Shown: positions 38,759 to 51,478, numbered from the stretch's first letter. The stretch is 64,000 nucleotides of DNA from Centroscyllium fabricii (GCA_051313645.2 JBNRSN020000014.1:78988001-79052000), one strand, 5' to 3'. Program-made: numbers and translations. The notes: generated from the letters alone by a model not told the origin.

Positions 38759-38877
38759 CTTCATTTGCAGTAACCAAAGGGTTTGAGGAATCTAAATGAT
38801 TAATCTCTTGCCAATTTTCAGCCTTCCCCCTCTCCAACCTAGTCTCATTGCCTAGTGCTGCAGAGAGCTCCTTGTAA
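38759..38877 (-). CDS. WDR24: WDR24 coding exon 5
   Basis: ttcttcccAG acceptor and G|GTACAG donor. Translates YKELSAALGNETRLERGKAENWQEINHLDSSNPLVTANE. Phases fit the neighbours. Confidence 0.9.
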
Positions 38878-39236
38878 CTGGGAAGAAACATAAAACATGA
38901 ATCTATTAGATTACCTACTACTGCATATTAAATGAACAGAAACCGCACTACTCCAAAAAATCACCAGATCAGAGAGAAATTGAAGGAGAGAGGGGACTTT
39001 TGAATGTGGAAACTGATATATTAAAATAAGAAAAGCCATAACTATAGCAGTAACTTAACATACATTCAATCTGTGTGCAAATGAATTGAATGATGCCAAA
39101 TGAGTACAAAATAAAAAAAGATAGAAAGTCATGGCCAAATGGTTTAGTGCTCATGGGCCATAAATGTGATCGTACCAAGTATCCCAACATCTGGAGCACA
39201 ATTTTTTTGTAATTAAATTGCCACTGCTTTTCTTAC

Positions 39237-39349
39237 CTGTTCATAAGAGGCAAGCCTCCACTCTTGCCTATACTTTGATTCAAGTTCACAGCTGATATAG
39301 CACCTGGGTTGGAGTACACAATCCTCAGCATCGTCCATGTCTGAGCCAC
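39237..39349 (-). CDS. WDR24: WDR24 coding exon 4
   Basis: tctAG acceptor and AG|GTAAGA donor. Translates [38 protein letters not shown]. Confidence 0.95.
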
Positions 39350-39717
39350 CTAGACGCAGAGCAGGAACACAGTTAAACCAGTGGTGCAGTGCATCGGGAA
39401 TACTGACAGTGCCACAGAGTGAATAGTCCCCCCAACCCCACAGTTCCTAATCCCAGCTACATTGTTCTAAACACTGGTCAGAATAGTCTCTATGAAATAC
39501 AATTAAGAACAGACTATTAAGTGGGGGGAAAAACTCCACAGCAACGTCAGCAGCACATTATTCACTATGCATATCAATATAGCACAAATTTTAAATATTT
39601 GTACCCGATGATTACGGTTTTAAATTAACATAGCACAAACGGCATACATGACGAGGAAACTTTGTAAAATCATTTAAATCCCATTCCTAAAGGTTGACCA
39701 CAACTCACTCATGAGTT

Positions 39718-40085
39718 ATAATGTGGAGGTGCCGGTGTTGGACTGGGGTGGACAAATGCAAGAAGTCACACAACACCAGATTATAGTCCAGCGGTTTTAT
39801 TTTAAATCACAAGTTTTCGGAGCGCTGCTCCTTCCTCAGGTGGACAGAGAGACTGACTTAAAGATCACACATATCGGAGGAAGGGAGAAATCCGATCTCT
39901 CCCACATCTCTGTCTCTGCTAGGGTGAGATGTGGAAGAGATCGGATTTCTCCCTTCCTCCGGTATGTGTGATCTTTAAGTCAGTCTCTCTGTCCACCTGA
40001 GGAAGGAGCAGCGCTCCGAAAGCTTGTGATTTAAAATAAAACCCTTGGACTATAATCTGGTGTTGTGTGACTTCTTGCATTTGTC
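39718..40085. mobile_element. Penelope-like (family A) fold-back element, about 163-bp inverted arms
   Basis: Arms 39748-39910 / 39926-40088 with a 15-nt spacer. Flanking direct repeat cactcatgagtt (39706-39717 / 40086-40097). Confidence 0.8.
39994..40028 (+). ncRNA. Minimal type I hammerhead ribozyme motif (PLE-type)
   Basis: CAC-CUGAGGA-A-GGAGC(AGC)GCUCC-GAA-AGCU-U-GUG. The core, helix II, palindromic helix III and a 3-bp helix I are intact. Confidence 0.7.
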
Positions 40086-40604
40086 CACTCATGAGTTGTC
40101 ATTTCTTAGTTATCAAGGCATCACTTGGGGGAGGGATAGAAGTCATATTTACTGCTCAAGTGTCACACATAGCCTGGCATCCCTCAATCATGACTGGAAT
40201 CAGGGCACGCTTCCTTTTCAGTAAACTGCACAGAGTTCATGCATCATTAAAACTGCATGTTACATGAACAAAACATTCTCCCCATTTCTGCTGAAGATGA
40301 CAATTTATTTTGGGATGCAGTTTCACGTGTGCCAGCAGCTCCCCCTAATATGGTGCCCAAGCGGTTATTCTTAAAGTGTAACTAATGGCTAATGGACCGT
40401 GGTGAAGCCACAGCTGGCCCCACTCTTGCCTCAACTGGCACACATGTACTTTCCAGCAGGTGCCACTAAACAGCTGTTTACACCATTTCTCTTGGGTTTC
40501 TGCTGAAGTCATGGCGGGCGATCAGTGAATGTCCGCAGGAATTCCACCCCTTTAAATTTTGGCGGGGGGGGGGGGGGGGGTTGGGGGAGAAATACATGTA
40601 TATA

Positions 40605-41338
40605 CAGGTTGAGCACAGTTAATCCGGACACCGTTTGTCCGGCAATTTCAAACGTCCGGCATGAATCTGGCCGACTGGTGTGCGCATGCGCAAAATGGCC
40701 GCCCCGCTTGGCTGCGCATGCCCAGGCCTCTGCCCGACTGCCCTACTGGTCTGCGCATGCGCAAAATGGCCACCATGCGTGGCTGCGCATGCCCAGGCCA
40801 AAGATGTGCAGGTTAGGTTGATTGGCCATGGTAAATTGACCCTTAGTGTTAGGGGGATTGAATATGTGGGGTTACAGGGATAGGGTGGGATATGTGTCGG
40901 TGCAGGCTCGATAGGGATCGAAGGATATGGGGACAAGGCAGGGACAGGGTACTGGGTTTGGATGATCAGCCATGATCTCATTAAATGGCGGAGCGGGCTC
41001 GAAGGGCCGAGTGGCCTACTCCTGCTTCTATCTTCTATGTTCTATGTAGGCCTCTGCCCGACTGCCCTGCGCATGCGAAAAATGGCCGCCGCGCATGCCC
41101 AGGCCTCCCCGACTGGTCTGCGCATGTGCAATATGGCCGCCGCGCTTGGCTGCGCATGCCCGGGCCTCTCCCCAAACGATTGATGCTTCGGCGAGCGCAT
41201 GCACAGACCATTCAAAATTTTGCGGCGGCCATTTTGAATGGTCTGCGCATGCGCTTGCCAAACTTCAATCATTCGGCGTTTTCTATAATTCGGCACAGTC
41301 CTGGTCCCGACCACACCGGATTAACAATGCTCAACCTG
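40605..41338. mobile_element. Tigger/pogo-like MITE with internal GCGCATGCGC-rich repeats and a 5'-truncated HE1 inserted (about 40800-41047)
   Basis: TA|CAGGTTGAGCA..TTAATCCGG / CCGGATTAA..TGCTCAACCTG|TA. The HE1 is flanked by AGGCC repeats. Confidence 0.82.
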
Positions 41339-41372
41339 TATTTTCCATTTTTGATCCAAGTAATCACCGTAC

Positions 41373-42042
41373 CTGATAACGATACAATTCTTTTGCAATT
41401 TTGGCATTGTGATCACAGAGCTCAGCCAGTGACCGGCCAGTCAGAATGTACTGTTGTGCCATGCTGACAAACCAGTCCATGGAGTTGCTGCCCAGCTCAG
41501 TTTCAAATACATTCAGAGCACTGGATACATTTGCAAATTGTTCAGATATATCTGGCTTCTTGAAGAAAAAAATGGGGTAGCGTCGGTCTCCGCCGTAGGT
41601 TTTCCGATTCGAGTCACTAGCAAACATGCTGTCTTTTCCTGCAAAAGCCAAGTCTCCAAACAGCCCATAGCACAATCCTTCAGGATTAGCACGATCGACA
41701 GGCCGGCTAGCATCTTTGAACATGTGCTGGTACAGAGTACTGTCTTTCGATCCAGAAAGGAGGTAATAAGGATCGTGAATATGACGCCACACAATTCCTG
41801 TGGTAACGTCCTTGTGCTCCTCAAACATTGCAAATGGAATGTACGGGCGGCGAATGTCCCAGACATAAATGTTGTGATCTACCATCATGGAGCAGGTAGC
41901 CAGATGGTACTTCATTTCTGGCCGCCATTTCACACGCGCTACTGAGGCAATAGTCTGGACACAATAGATCTCCTTGGCCCGGATTGTCGTCATGTCCCAT
42001 ACTTTCACCATTTTATCCCTTCCTCCGGTTGCTAACCATCCT
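41373..42042 (-). CDS. WDR24: WDR24 coding exon 3
   Basis: ttttcAG acceptor and CAG|GTACGG donor. Translates [17 protein letters not shown]...[16 protein letters not shown]. Cumulative CDS is 1329 nt (phase 0). Confidence 0.97.
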
Positions 42043-42419
42043 CTGAAAAGGGAACAAAAAAAAGCACACATTATATTGCATTTATTACTCATGGTGACTA
42101 TTAAGACCTACATAAAACTTGCTCAACCCCTATAGAAATTTCTTCTAAAAACAGAATAAAATGTACCGATCAGATTATGTCAACAGAAACATTGTAGTGA
42201 TGTATGTTATGTGTGAGCAGTGTGTTACATGATCCCTTTAATTAAGGGACATGGTGTTAAAGGGAATGTAGGTGTATAGGGAGAAAGATGGCTAGGGGAC
42301 AGAAAGCAGAGTACGGCTAAGTGCATGTTTATCAGTTTAGTCCAATGCGAGTAATGCTGGAAATTATTTTTCAATTGATGAATGTTTTGCACATAGGCGC
42401 AAGAGGAATGATACTGAAG

Positions 42420-43190
42420 TTTGTTATACCACTTATACTTGGAGGGCATGACAATTGTGAGGAAGAATGCAGGAAATTTGTGGAAGATACGGACAGGTTA
42501 GCAAGTTGGGTAGATAGGTGGCAGATGTAAAATTGCATATTTTGGGAAAAGGAACAGTGAACTTAAATAGATTCTTAATAGAGTTGAAGAACAAAAATCT
42601 TTCGGGTGTGGATACATAATAAAAGGGGGGATTATGATGGAAAAGGCATGAAAAAAAGCTAAATGGGACCCTGAATTTTATATATAGGGCCACTGAGTTG
42701 AGGTTGAATTTGTAAAGGCACTGCTTATGCCTAATTTGGAGTATTGTGTGCAGTTCTAGACACCCCCCATTATATAAAGGGTACAGTGATGATTCATTAT
42801 AATTGCCATAAATTAGACCATAATTACAAGGAAAGACTTGAAAGATTGATGCTGGTTTCAATGGAACAGAGCAAGTGATTCCCCCGGATCCAAGAGGATT
42901 TCAAAATCATGAAAGATTTTGAGAGGATAGGGGGCAAGGGGCATAAATTCTATTTATGCTTCCGATTAGGTTTTCACACAGCGATTAGAACATGGAATGC
43001 CTTACCACAATGGCTATTGAGGCAGAGAGTGGAACGATTTAAAAAGGAATTGGATAAGATGTTAAAAATAAATATAAAAGTGCATGGGGGAAAAAGGACA
43101 GGGAAATAAGATTTAGAGTAGATAGTTCCAGTTAAAGAACACACACCAGCACTAGTGTGATGAGCAGACTAGCCTCTTATGCTCTCGTTT
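42420..43190 (+). mobile_element. Old degenerate CR1 3' fragment
   Basis: DRLASWVDRWQM, ttggagtattgtgtgcagttct and RTWNALP remnants. Confidence 0.6.
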
Positions 43191-44671
43191 CTATTAACAA
43201 GAGACTCTTAAAAGTGTTCCAGATTAGATTATTGCGGAGCGGGGCAACTGCACAAGTTGTTTCCTAATTTTTATTTTGAAAGAGCACGAGATTTATTTTA
43301 TTTAAACAACAAAATCCAAGTTTAACAAGCTGGGTAAACAGCTGCATCGTGGCCTATCATGAAATTAATTGCAAAAACAGTATGTGTGTTCATTCAAAAC
43401 AGCTTGTAGCGTTATCTGGGCTCTAGTTATAAATATATTTTACTGAACTTGAATGGTGCTGCTCATGTGTGTTAAACTCTCTGGCAGCATCTAATTCAGT
43501 CCACCTGAAGGACACTAGTTTGATTTCTGTCGATCCTCTACAGTCTGTGACTTCATCTTTATAGAAGCTGTGTGCAGCTGGCACTGAGTGTTGAAGCTCC
43601 AATATGCGGTCACCTAGCAGGGCGCTGTCACAACGCTTCAGCTAATGATTAACCCAATTTTGCCACCTCTTCCCAATTTATTTTTTCCATCTGCACCCCA
43701 ATCTCCTTCAGCCTTTCCTCATCCCGTCTTGTGAATAGCTACAAGATCCACTGAAGTGGCATGCCTGCCAACTTTCCCCACTGTGTTTATGGGATGCAGC
43801 TTCTGCTGACATTAGCACTTCCCTTTTTTAGGTCCCAAGTGACGATATGGTCTGGTAAAGAATGCCACAGGCGGAAGCTGCGTATGAAGCTCTCCCACTG
43901 GTTGCTGCCTGTAATTCCCCATATGCCGAGTTTCCAACCTCGGCTGTATAATCAGCAGGTGTTGAGTGCAGGTTGGGCAACTTTCCACAGAAAGCAAAGT
44001 AAGAATGAAGGAGAGAAACCATCCGGACACACTGTCGTGCGCCTGCTGTACCCATGTTTATTGCAGCTATGCCAAAAACTTGCGCAGGCTGCCCGCCTGC
44101 CCACCACCTTAGCCAAGGTGGAGCAGTGCGTAGGACGGGAGAATGCAAGATAAATAGCAAAAAAATAACTGAATATGTGTATTCAGGTCAGTTACAACAA
44201 ACAGAACTTGGAGATGCTTTATGACATTTATATGTTGGCAATTTGACTACCATTTAAGACTTGCTCACTAACAGGGCTTAAGTTTCAAAAACAAAATGTA
44301 TTGCTTAATATTGCACATTTTTGTAAAATGAATGAATTTCTACATTCCAGTTTGTGTCTGATGCAAAAATGATCTAGGTTAAATTTGACAAGGGAATAAT
44401 TTGGCATCGAGTCTTTCACTAGGAGTGGCTCTAGGCCCCTGTACTAGATTTGAGTTTTCAGACTAGTGACTGGGCCTTTATGCATGATGCTCCCTCTGGT
44501 ATGTATGTACTACATACCCACTGATTCCTGTCTACCATTTTGCATGAGCCACGTTATACCATAGCTCACTTTAAGATCTTAACCGAACTCCAGTTTTGGC
44601 AAAAGAAAAGTCAGTCTTATCAGGACTCTAAATGTAAATACTGAAGGTTGCAAGAGCCTCGCTGTACTCAC

Positions 44672-44849
44672 CTATCATCTGGGTGCCAATCACAGCAGAA
44701 GACAGGTCCATTATGTGCTGTAAACATGCGCTCATATCTATCTGGCCGTCTTATGTCCCAGAGCTGAACATTACCATTTTCAAATGAAGCAGCAAATGTG
44801 AAATAGTCTCTTACACTGAACTGGACATCCCGGACACTTTCTGACTGAC
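44672..44849 (-). CDS. WDR24: WDR24 coding exon 2
   Basis: tctgtAG acceptor and AG|GTGAGT donor. Translates [60 protein letters not shown]. Confidence 0.97.
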
Positions 44850-44965
44850 CTACAGAAGATAAAGTTCCACTCACAAGATTACCAAAATAGGCTCAATAGT
44901 TATGGCAATTAACATCTAGCAGGACTTATCGGAACACATAAATCTTAAGTCAATGACTGTGACTC

Positions 44966-46570
44966 ATAAGAACATAAGAACTAGGAGGAGTAGGCCATTC
45001 GAGCCTGCTCCACCATTCAATAAGATCATGGCTGATCTTCTACCTTAACTCCACCTTGCTGTACTTTCCCCATATCCCTTAATATCCAAAAATCTATTGA
45101 TATCTGTCTTGAATATCCACAGCCCTCTGGGGTAGAGAATTCCAGAGATTCACAACCCTTTGAGTGAAGAAATTTCTCATCTCAGTCCTAAATGGCCTAC
45201 CCCTTATTCCGAGACTGTGACTCCGTGTTCTAGACGCCCCAGCCAGGTGAAACATCCTCCCAGCATTTACCCGATCAAGCCCTTTAAGAATTTTGTATGC
45301 TTCAATGAGATCACCTCTCATTCTTCTAAACTCTAGGGAATATAGGCCCATTCTGCTCAATCCCTCCATCCCAGGAATCAGACTAGTGAGGCTTTGTTGC
45401 ACTCCCTCCAAGGCCAAGTATGTCCTTCCTTAGGTAAGGAGACCAAAACTGTACACAGTACTCCAGATGTGGTCTCACCAAGGCCCTATGTAATAGTAGT
45501 AAGACTTCTTTACTCTTATACCGGTAATCCGGCACCCTTGGGACCAGGCCGGTGCCGGACCATTGAAAATTCCGAACCACTGAAGGTCGAAGAAGGGGTC
45601 GAAAACTTACTGATTAGCAGAGCAATCTTGTACTTCAGAGTGAGGGAATGGCAGAGATAATTGATGGGGCTGAATTTGTGGTCAGAGGCTTCCCGCGGGG
45701 AAATGCCACCGATCCACAAATAAATTGCCCGCCTATCTGCTGCTCCAGGAGGTACGGAGATTCGCGGTCCAGGGACTCTCCGGGAGCTGGCGGGTAGAGG
45801 CCCACGTATCCCGGGGTGCAGGCGGCTCGCGAGCGTCCCTGGGATCACGTGGGCCGGCCTAACGAATGAGAGAAGGGAAACCCCATTCATTCTTATCGGT
45901 ATTCCGTATGTATGGAAACCCCATAAATATGAATTGGAAGACCCCAGAAAATACACCTAGACAATCAAATAAATAAAAATAATCACATTTAAAATTAATT
46001 AAAATGCCATTTAATTAAATATTTAAAACAAAAATGTAATTTTTTGAAAAATAAATGTATATGCTTTACAGCAGGAAACGGTGGCGCCGCCGAGCGGCTG
46101 CTCCACAAACTGAAGACCGCCGGTGTCAATTCGTGCCGGAACACTGAAGGTGCCGGACCATCGGGTGCCGGATTACCGGTGCTCAAGCTGTATTCCAATC
46201 CCTTTGTAATAGAGGCCAACATACCATTTGTTTTCCGAATTACTTCTGTACCTGCATATTAACTTTGTGATTTGTGGACAAGGATGCCCAGGTCCCTCGA
46301 AATACCAACATTTCCCAGTCTCACCATTTCAAAATACTCTGCTTTTCTGTTTTTCCTACCAAAGTGGATAACTTCACACTTCAGTCCAAAGATGTGCGGG
46401 TTAGGTTGATTAGCCAGGATAAATTGACCCTTAGTGCTAGGGGGATTGAATATGTGGGGTTACGGGGATAGGGTGGGATATGTGTCGGTGCAGGCTCGAT
46501 GGGCCGAAATGGCCTCTATCTGCACTGTAGGGATTCTATGGTTCTCCACATTATATTCCATCTGCCATGG
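44966..46570 (-). mobile_element. CR1 3' fragment containing a nested Tigger-like MITE (45521-46190) and a partial HE1 (about 46383-46540)
   Basis: The CR1 sequence breaks at tactctta|...|ttccaatccc and resumes afterwards. The MITE ends are CCGGTAATCCGG / CCGGATTACCGGTGCTCAAGCTG|TA. Confidence 0.8.
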
Positions 46571-46592
46571 GAGAAATGGGACAACTTCCAGC

Positions 46593-47004
46593 ACATAGAA
46601 ACATAGAAACATAGAAGATAGGGGCAGGAGTAGACCATTCGGCCCTTCAAGCCTGCTCCGCCATTCAATGAGATCATGGCTGATCATCCAAACCCAGTAC
46701 CATGTCCCTGCCTTGTCCCCATATCCCTCGATCCCAATCGAGCCTGCACCGACACACACCCCACCCTATCCCCGTAACCCCACATATTCAATCCCCCTAA
46801 CACTAAGGGTCAATTTATCCTGGCTAATCAACCTAACCCGCACATCTTTGGACTGTGGGAGGAAACCGGAGCACCCGGAGGAAACCCACGCAGACACGGG
46901 GAGAATGTGCAAACTCCACACAGATAGTACCCGAGGCCGGATTTGAACCCGGGTCTCCAGTGCTGTAAGGCAACAGTGCTAACCACTATGCCACCGTGCC
47001 GCCC
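46593..47004 (-). mobile_element. HE1 SINE, full length
   Basis: HE1 reverse complement with a (CATAGAAA)n tail. Confidence 0.9.
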
Positions 47005-47276
47005 GATCTTCAGCTATGTCATTTCAGAGAGCCCATAAAGGGAGTAAAGACTATTTTCGGGAAACTTTTACCCACCCGTTAGCCATCACTGCTCTTATTT
47101 CTACAGTTCATTAACAAGACAGGAAATTAACTTAGAAAATACTTTCACTTTAGTGGAAGGTTTTCCAAAACATTGTGCAACTAAAATGTTACTATGAATT
47201 GCTAATAAAGGACTAGTGTTTTATAATGAACTGGTCAGACTGACTTTACAGGAACATAGATAACTATATCCTTTAC

Positions 47277-47757
47277 CGGAGAAGGTGCTCACAGATTCTC
47301 TCTTCCGGAGATCGAAGCATTTCATGTAGCCGTCCTGCGAGCCACTCAGCAGCATGTGGACCTCGGTGGGGTGGAAGCACACTTTATTGACGGTGCGCTT
47401 GTGCTCAGTGAAAAGCTGATCCTGTTTGTTGCGAGATTGTTTGCCCAGATTCCACGTCACCACGGCTCCATTTGTGGCTGCTGTCGCCAGCAGGCTGTCA
47501 TCCATCTGATGCCACACCACGTCAGCACAGCTGAAGTTCAGGGAGAGCTTCCGCCCAACCCGGAGATTTGCCTTTTCCACAAATTGTTCCTCGTCTATGG
47601 AGTAAATTTTGAAAATGTTGCGACCGGCCACTACCACCTGGGCAGCATCCCGACATACGCTAATAGCGTTGGCAGGTGCATCAAGGTGGCAGAACATAGT
47701 TCGTCCCGAGATGGTTGTGCCACTCAGGGCTGTGGTCACTCGTGCCATCTTCTCCAT
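47277..47757 (-). CDS. WDR24: WDR24 first coding exon (WD40 repeats), GATOR2 subunit
   Basis: ATG at 47757. Translates [13 protein letters not shown]...[24 protein letters not shown]...[26 protein letters not shown]|GTAAAG donor, 481 nt. Confidence 0.97.
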
Positions 47758-48147
47758 TGAAAACACAAGTAATTTCTGGCAAAGCTGCCAGTTAGGAAAT
47801 GGGAGTTGCCGTTATCAATTACTTCAGTCTTCCCAATCTGAAAAGAATACTCTAGTTCCACGTTTTAAGCAGTTTCCAATTGGTCCTTATTGGCAAATCA
47901 GCTTATCCAGTAATATTATTGCACATCAGTACAGATACTGACGGATCTTGAAGAATGTGAATCGGCATTATTTCAGTGCTATGAATACGGTCAATTTGGA
48001 TTATACTCATTAAATTGAAGGTATTTCACTCGAAGAGACAGTCTTTGCTCATCAACAGTGGATAGTATACTTAAAGAATATATAAAGAGTGGCAGTTCCA
48101 GCAAGACCCTAGGGCTGCAGAGCCCAAAATACATATATGTTAAAAAC
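47758..48147 (-). other. WDR24: WDR24 5'UTR part of first coding exon (acceptor at 48147 or 47837)
   Basis: Strong acceptor ttttcctctttgctttcAG|G at 48147 and a second acceptor gtattcttttcAG|A at 47837. Confidence 0.55.
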
Positions 48148-48786
48148 CTGAAAGCAAAGAGGAAAACAATTAAGATTTAATCATCGATAAAAAGTCAGTC
48201 AGCAAATAAACGACGTATTTGGCCACATCAATATCACCTAAGACATCACTCGCCCATATCACAAGCTTCAATTTTAAGCTATAATCTGTTTTTCTCCACC
48301 ATTTGGTGCAACATCTTTACTGTATCCCTTGACAGACTGAAAGAGCAACCATGCAGAAAATGTGAAAATCTATACAATTTTACAGCTCTGATGCTATTCA
48401 TCTTTACATAACTGAAATCATTTTCCTTTTAAAATGGCAGCAATCCTGCTGCACATTATTTCTGTAGTTAATTGCATTATATTAACACTATATAATGAAG
48501 GTGCAATTGCAGTGCCTCTTCTCCAGACTAGACAGATGTGTATTAAAAACTGTAAGATGCAGTGTATGTGTTCGATGTTCTCCGTTATTGTGCAACAGAG
48601 ATACAGAACACTGATTTGAGACCATAATTTCTTACACAATACACCAATTTTATTGTGCCATCACATGGAGGTACCAATCTTCTCTGTCAGCCAACATCGC
48701 AATCTGGAGGGAGGGCAGGTCATTTACTTCTAGGGCCTCTGGTCATCACTCTTGAACTAGTTATTAAACGTTGTACGGTTTACCAC

Positions 48787-48931
48787 CGATGTTCCCCCTA
48801 AGGTGTGCACCGATTGCGAGGTCCCATGCAGGCCGCTCACCAGCTGTTCCGCTAGAAGAGATCCGGCACATGCGCGGCCGCACAGCACATTTAAAGGGTC
48901 CAAGCAGGGAAAAACATTAGAGGGAACATTG
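48787..48931. mobile_element. hAT-type MITE
   Basis: TIR CGATGTTCCC/GGGAACATTG and an 8-bp TSD tttaccac/ttcaccac. Confidence 0.72.
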
Positions 48932-51090
48932 TTCACCACCTTTCCTATCCTGTGGGGAAACACCTGGTTCTGCCAAGTACCTTCCCCCAGCAACATAACG
49001 GAGCTTGAGGTACCCATACTAACACCTCAAACTGACAGACTTACAATGTACCCTGTACTACTTTAGCTACCAAATATACAATTGATGCACCATCTTGGGT
49101 CAATTGATAGATTTCACTTTAGGGCAGATGGTGTTGTGTTTGAACCCATACTCAAGGATGGCATTCTAGTAGAGCGCAGAAGGTGTGCTGCACGCTCAGG
49201 TGATGTTCATCAAATAAGGTATTAAACTGACCTGGTGACAAAAAGCATTTCTGCCTATGATGCAGCAACTTAGTGACGTTTTTCCCCCTTTCCCCCAGTT
49301 CATACAGGGTTAAAAACCAGGTTCACACCGAGAAAATACAATGATACATTATCCACTACTACACAAGAGGGGATTGATAGTGGGAGCAGACCAAGAGTAT
49401 TCTGGCTTTAGCAGAGTGGACTAGCTTGCCATCACTATTATGGAACCACTTTACATGAACAACTAAATGGATTCAGTCAAATTATATACACTGATCAGAC
49501 ATCAGATTAAAATGCAACTACTTTTAACAAAATGGGTGGCGATTCTGCTGCATTAACACCGACCTGAATGAATCAGGCACAGTGGGTCTGGGCTGAAGTA
49601 GAAATCAGGCTAAACCCTCTTATCAAAATGAAAACATGTTCAAAGATTTGTTCGATCCCTAATCTGCACATTACTCATTTTCAAAGAGCTCATTTGCCCA
49701 GTATAAATCTAAAAGTACCATTTTACTTCAAGAATAATTTCCTACCCTCTTTTTGACTTTTAGTACATTTAGTATCTACAGCAGTATTAGAACAGCTACT
49801 AACTGCTCGTTCCAACTGCTGGAAATAGCACTTACCCCGGCTCAAATTTCAACATTACCAAACTTCCAGTTGACAGGCTCTGGTCAGATTTGGTGCTATT
49901 GGCACTCCAGCAAAAATCAGCCAATTGGCAATCGCGCAACCCTTTTCCAATCCATGAAAACAGCATGAGTGGGAACAAACAAACCTTGAATGGTTGGTTA
50001 CACAATGTATACGTGCAGCTCATGCTTCCTCCCACAGGACTGGGGTCATATCACAGCGATCAAGTAATTGTGGAAATCCTGTGCTAATAACTTCGGCACA
50101 GGACAAAACAAGGCCTTTGTTCATATAAAAAATGTAAGTCGGATGAAAGAAATATGACTGCACATTCCTAACTACTCAGACTTTTGTTTCCCACTTAAAA
50201 GCAGAAAGGGATGGAGCTGAAAAGGACTGGGATGGATGTAGAGAAATGTACACTGAATCTAATAAGAATTGAGACAATTTTAAGGTAAGAAATCTTCATG
50301 ATAAAACCAACTTAAAAAGTAAATACGGCCACTTAACAAAAAATCCATTTTCAAACAAAGTCAGTTATTGATCACAAGCAACATGTGGTACCCAAAGCAG
50401 AAGGGAAGACAACAATTCTGATCAGGATATATACTGAAAACATTCGACTGGAAAAAAAACCTCAACCGTACTTCATTACATCTCAAAAACAATGGATTCG
50501 TTAAGTTGAGGGTACACAACTTGGAATATTATTTTTATTGGAATATTTCTTTTAAAATCCTTTCATGAGAAATCGTATAACATAACTATCAATTATGTTT
50601 TTGAAGCATACCACACAATTGAAAGTAGTGTTCCTTAATTCTGTAGTTCTACCAACAAGTGTAACCCTTTCTTAGCAGTTGTGTCGCACTCGGTACTATC
50701 CCGCATGCGTATAATCATAGAGGTAATTTAAAAAAATCAGAGCTTAGGAAAAGTGTTTACTGCACTCGTGCAGTATGTCAGCTTTTGTGCAAAGTAGCTA
50801 CGGCCAACATAGAACAAGTTGCAGACAGCTACATAAACAGCCAAACAGATAGAGTGAAAACAGAAAATGCTGGAAATACGCAGCAGGTCAGGCAGCATCT
50901 GTAGAGAGAGAAACAGAGGTAACGTTTCAGGACGATGATCCTTCAGCAGAGCTGGAAAAGTTAGAGATGTAACAGATTTTTACGCAACTGCTGGGGCAGG
51001 AAAAAGGGGGGGGGGGGGGGGGGAGGAAAGAATAAAAAGGGAAGATCCGTAATAGGGTGGAAGGCAGGAGAGCTTAAAAGACAAAAGGGA

Positions 51091-51478
51091 TAGAACATAG
51101 AAACTAGGAGTAGGCCATTCAGCCCTTCGAGCCTGCTCCGCCATTCAATGAGATCATGGCTGATCATCCAAACCCAGTACCCCGCCCCTGCCCTCTCCCC
51201 ATATCCCTCGATCCCTATCGAGCCTACACTGACACATATCCCACCCTATCCCCGTAACCCCACATATTCAATCCCCCTAACACGAAGGGTCAATTTATCC
51301 TGGCCAATCAACCTAACCTGCACATCTTTGGACTGTGGGAGGAAACCGGAGCACCCGGAGGAAACCCACGCAGACACGGGGAGAATGTGCAAACTCCACA
51401 CAGATAGTCACCCGAGGCCGGATTTGAACCCGGGTCTCCAGTGCTGTGAGACAACAGTGCTAACCACTGTGCCACCGT
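51091..51478 (-). mobile_element. HE1 SINE
   Basis: HE1 reverse complement inserted in the PLE arm. Confidence 0.9.

Noticed and set aside
41454-41945. Antisense ORFs over WDR24 exons (also 47356-47760)
   Set aside because: Shadow ORFs of real coding sequence on the opposite strand.
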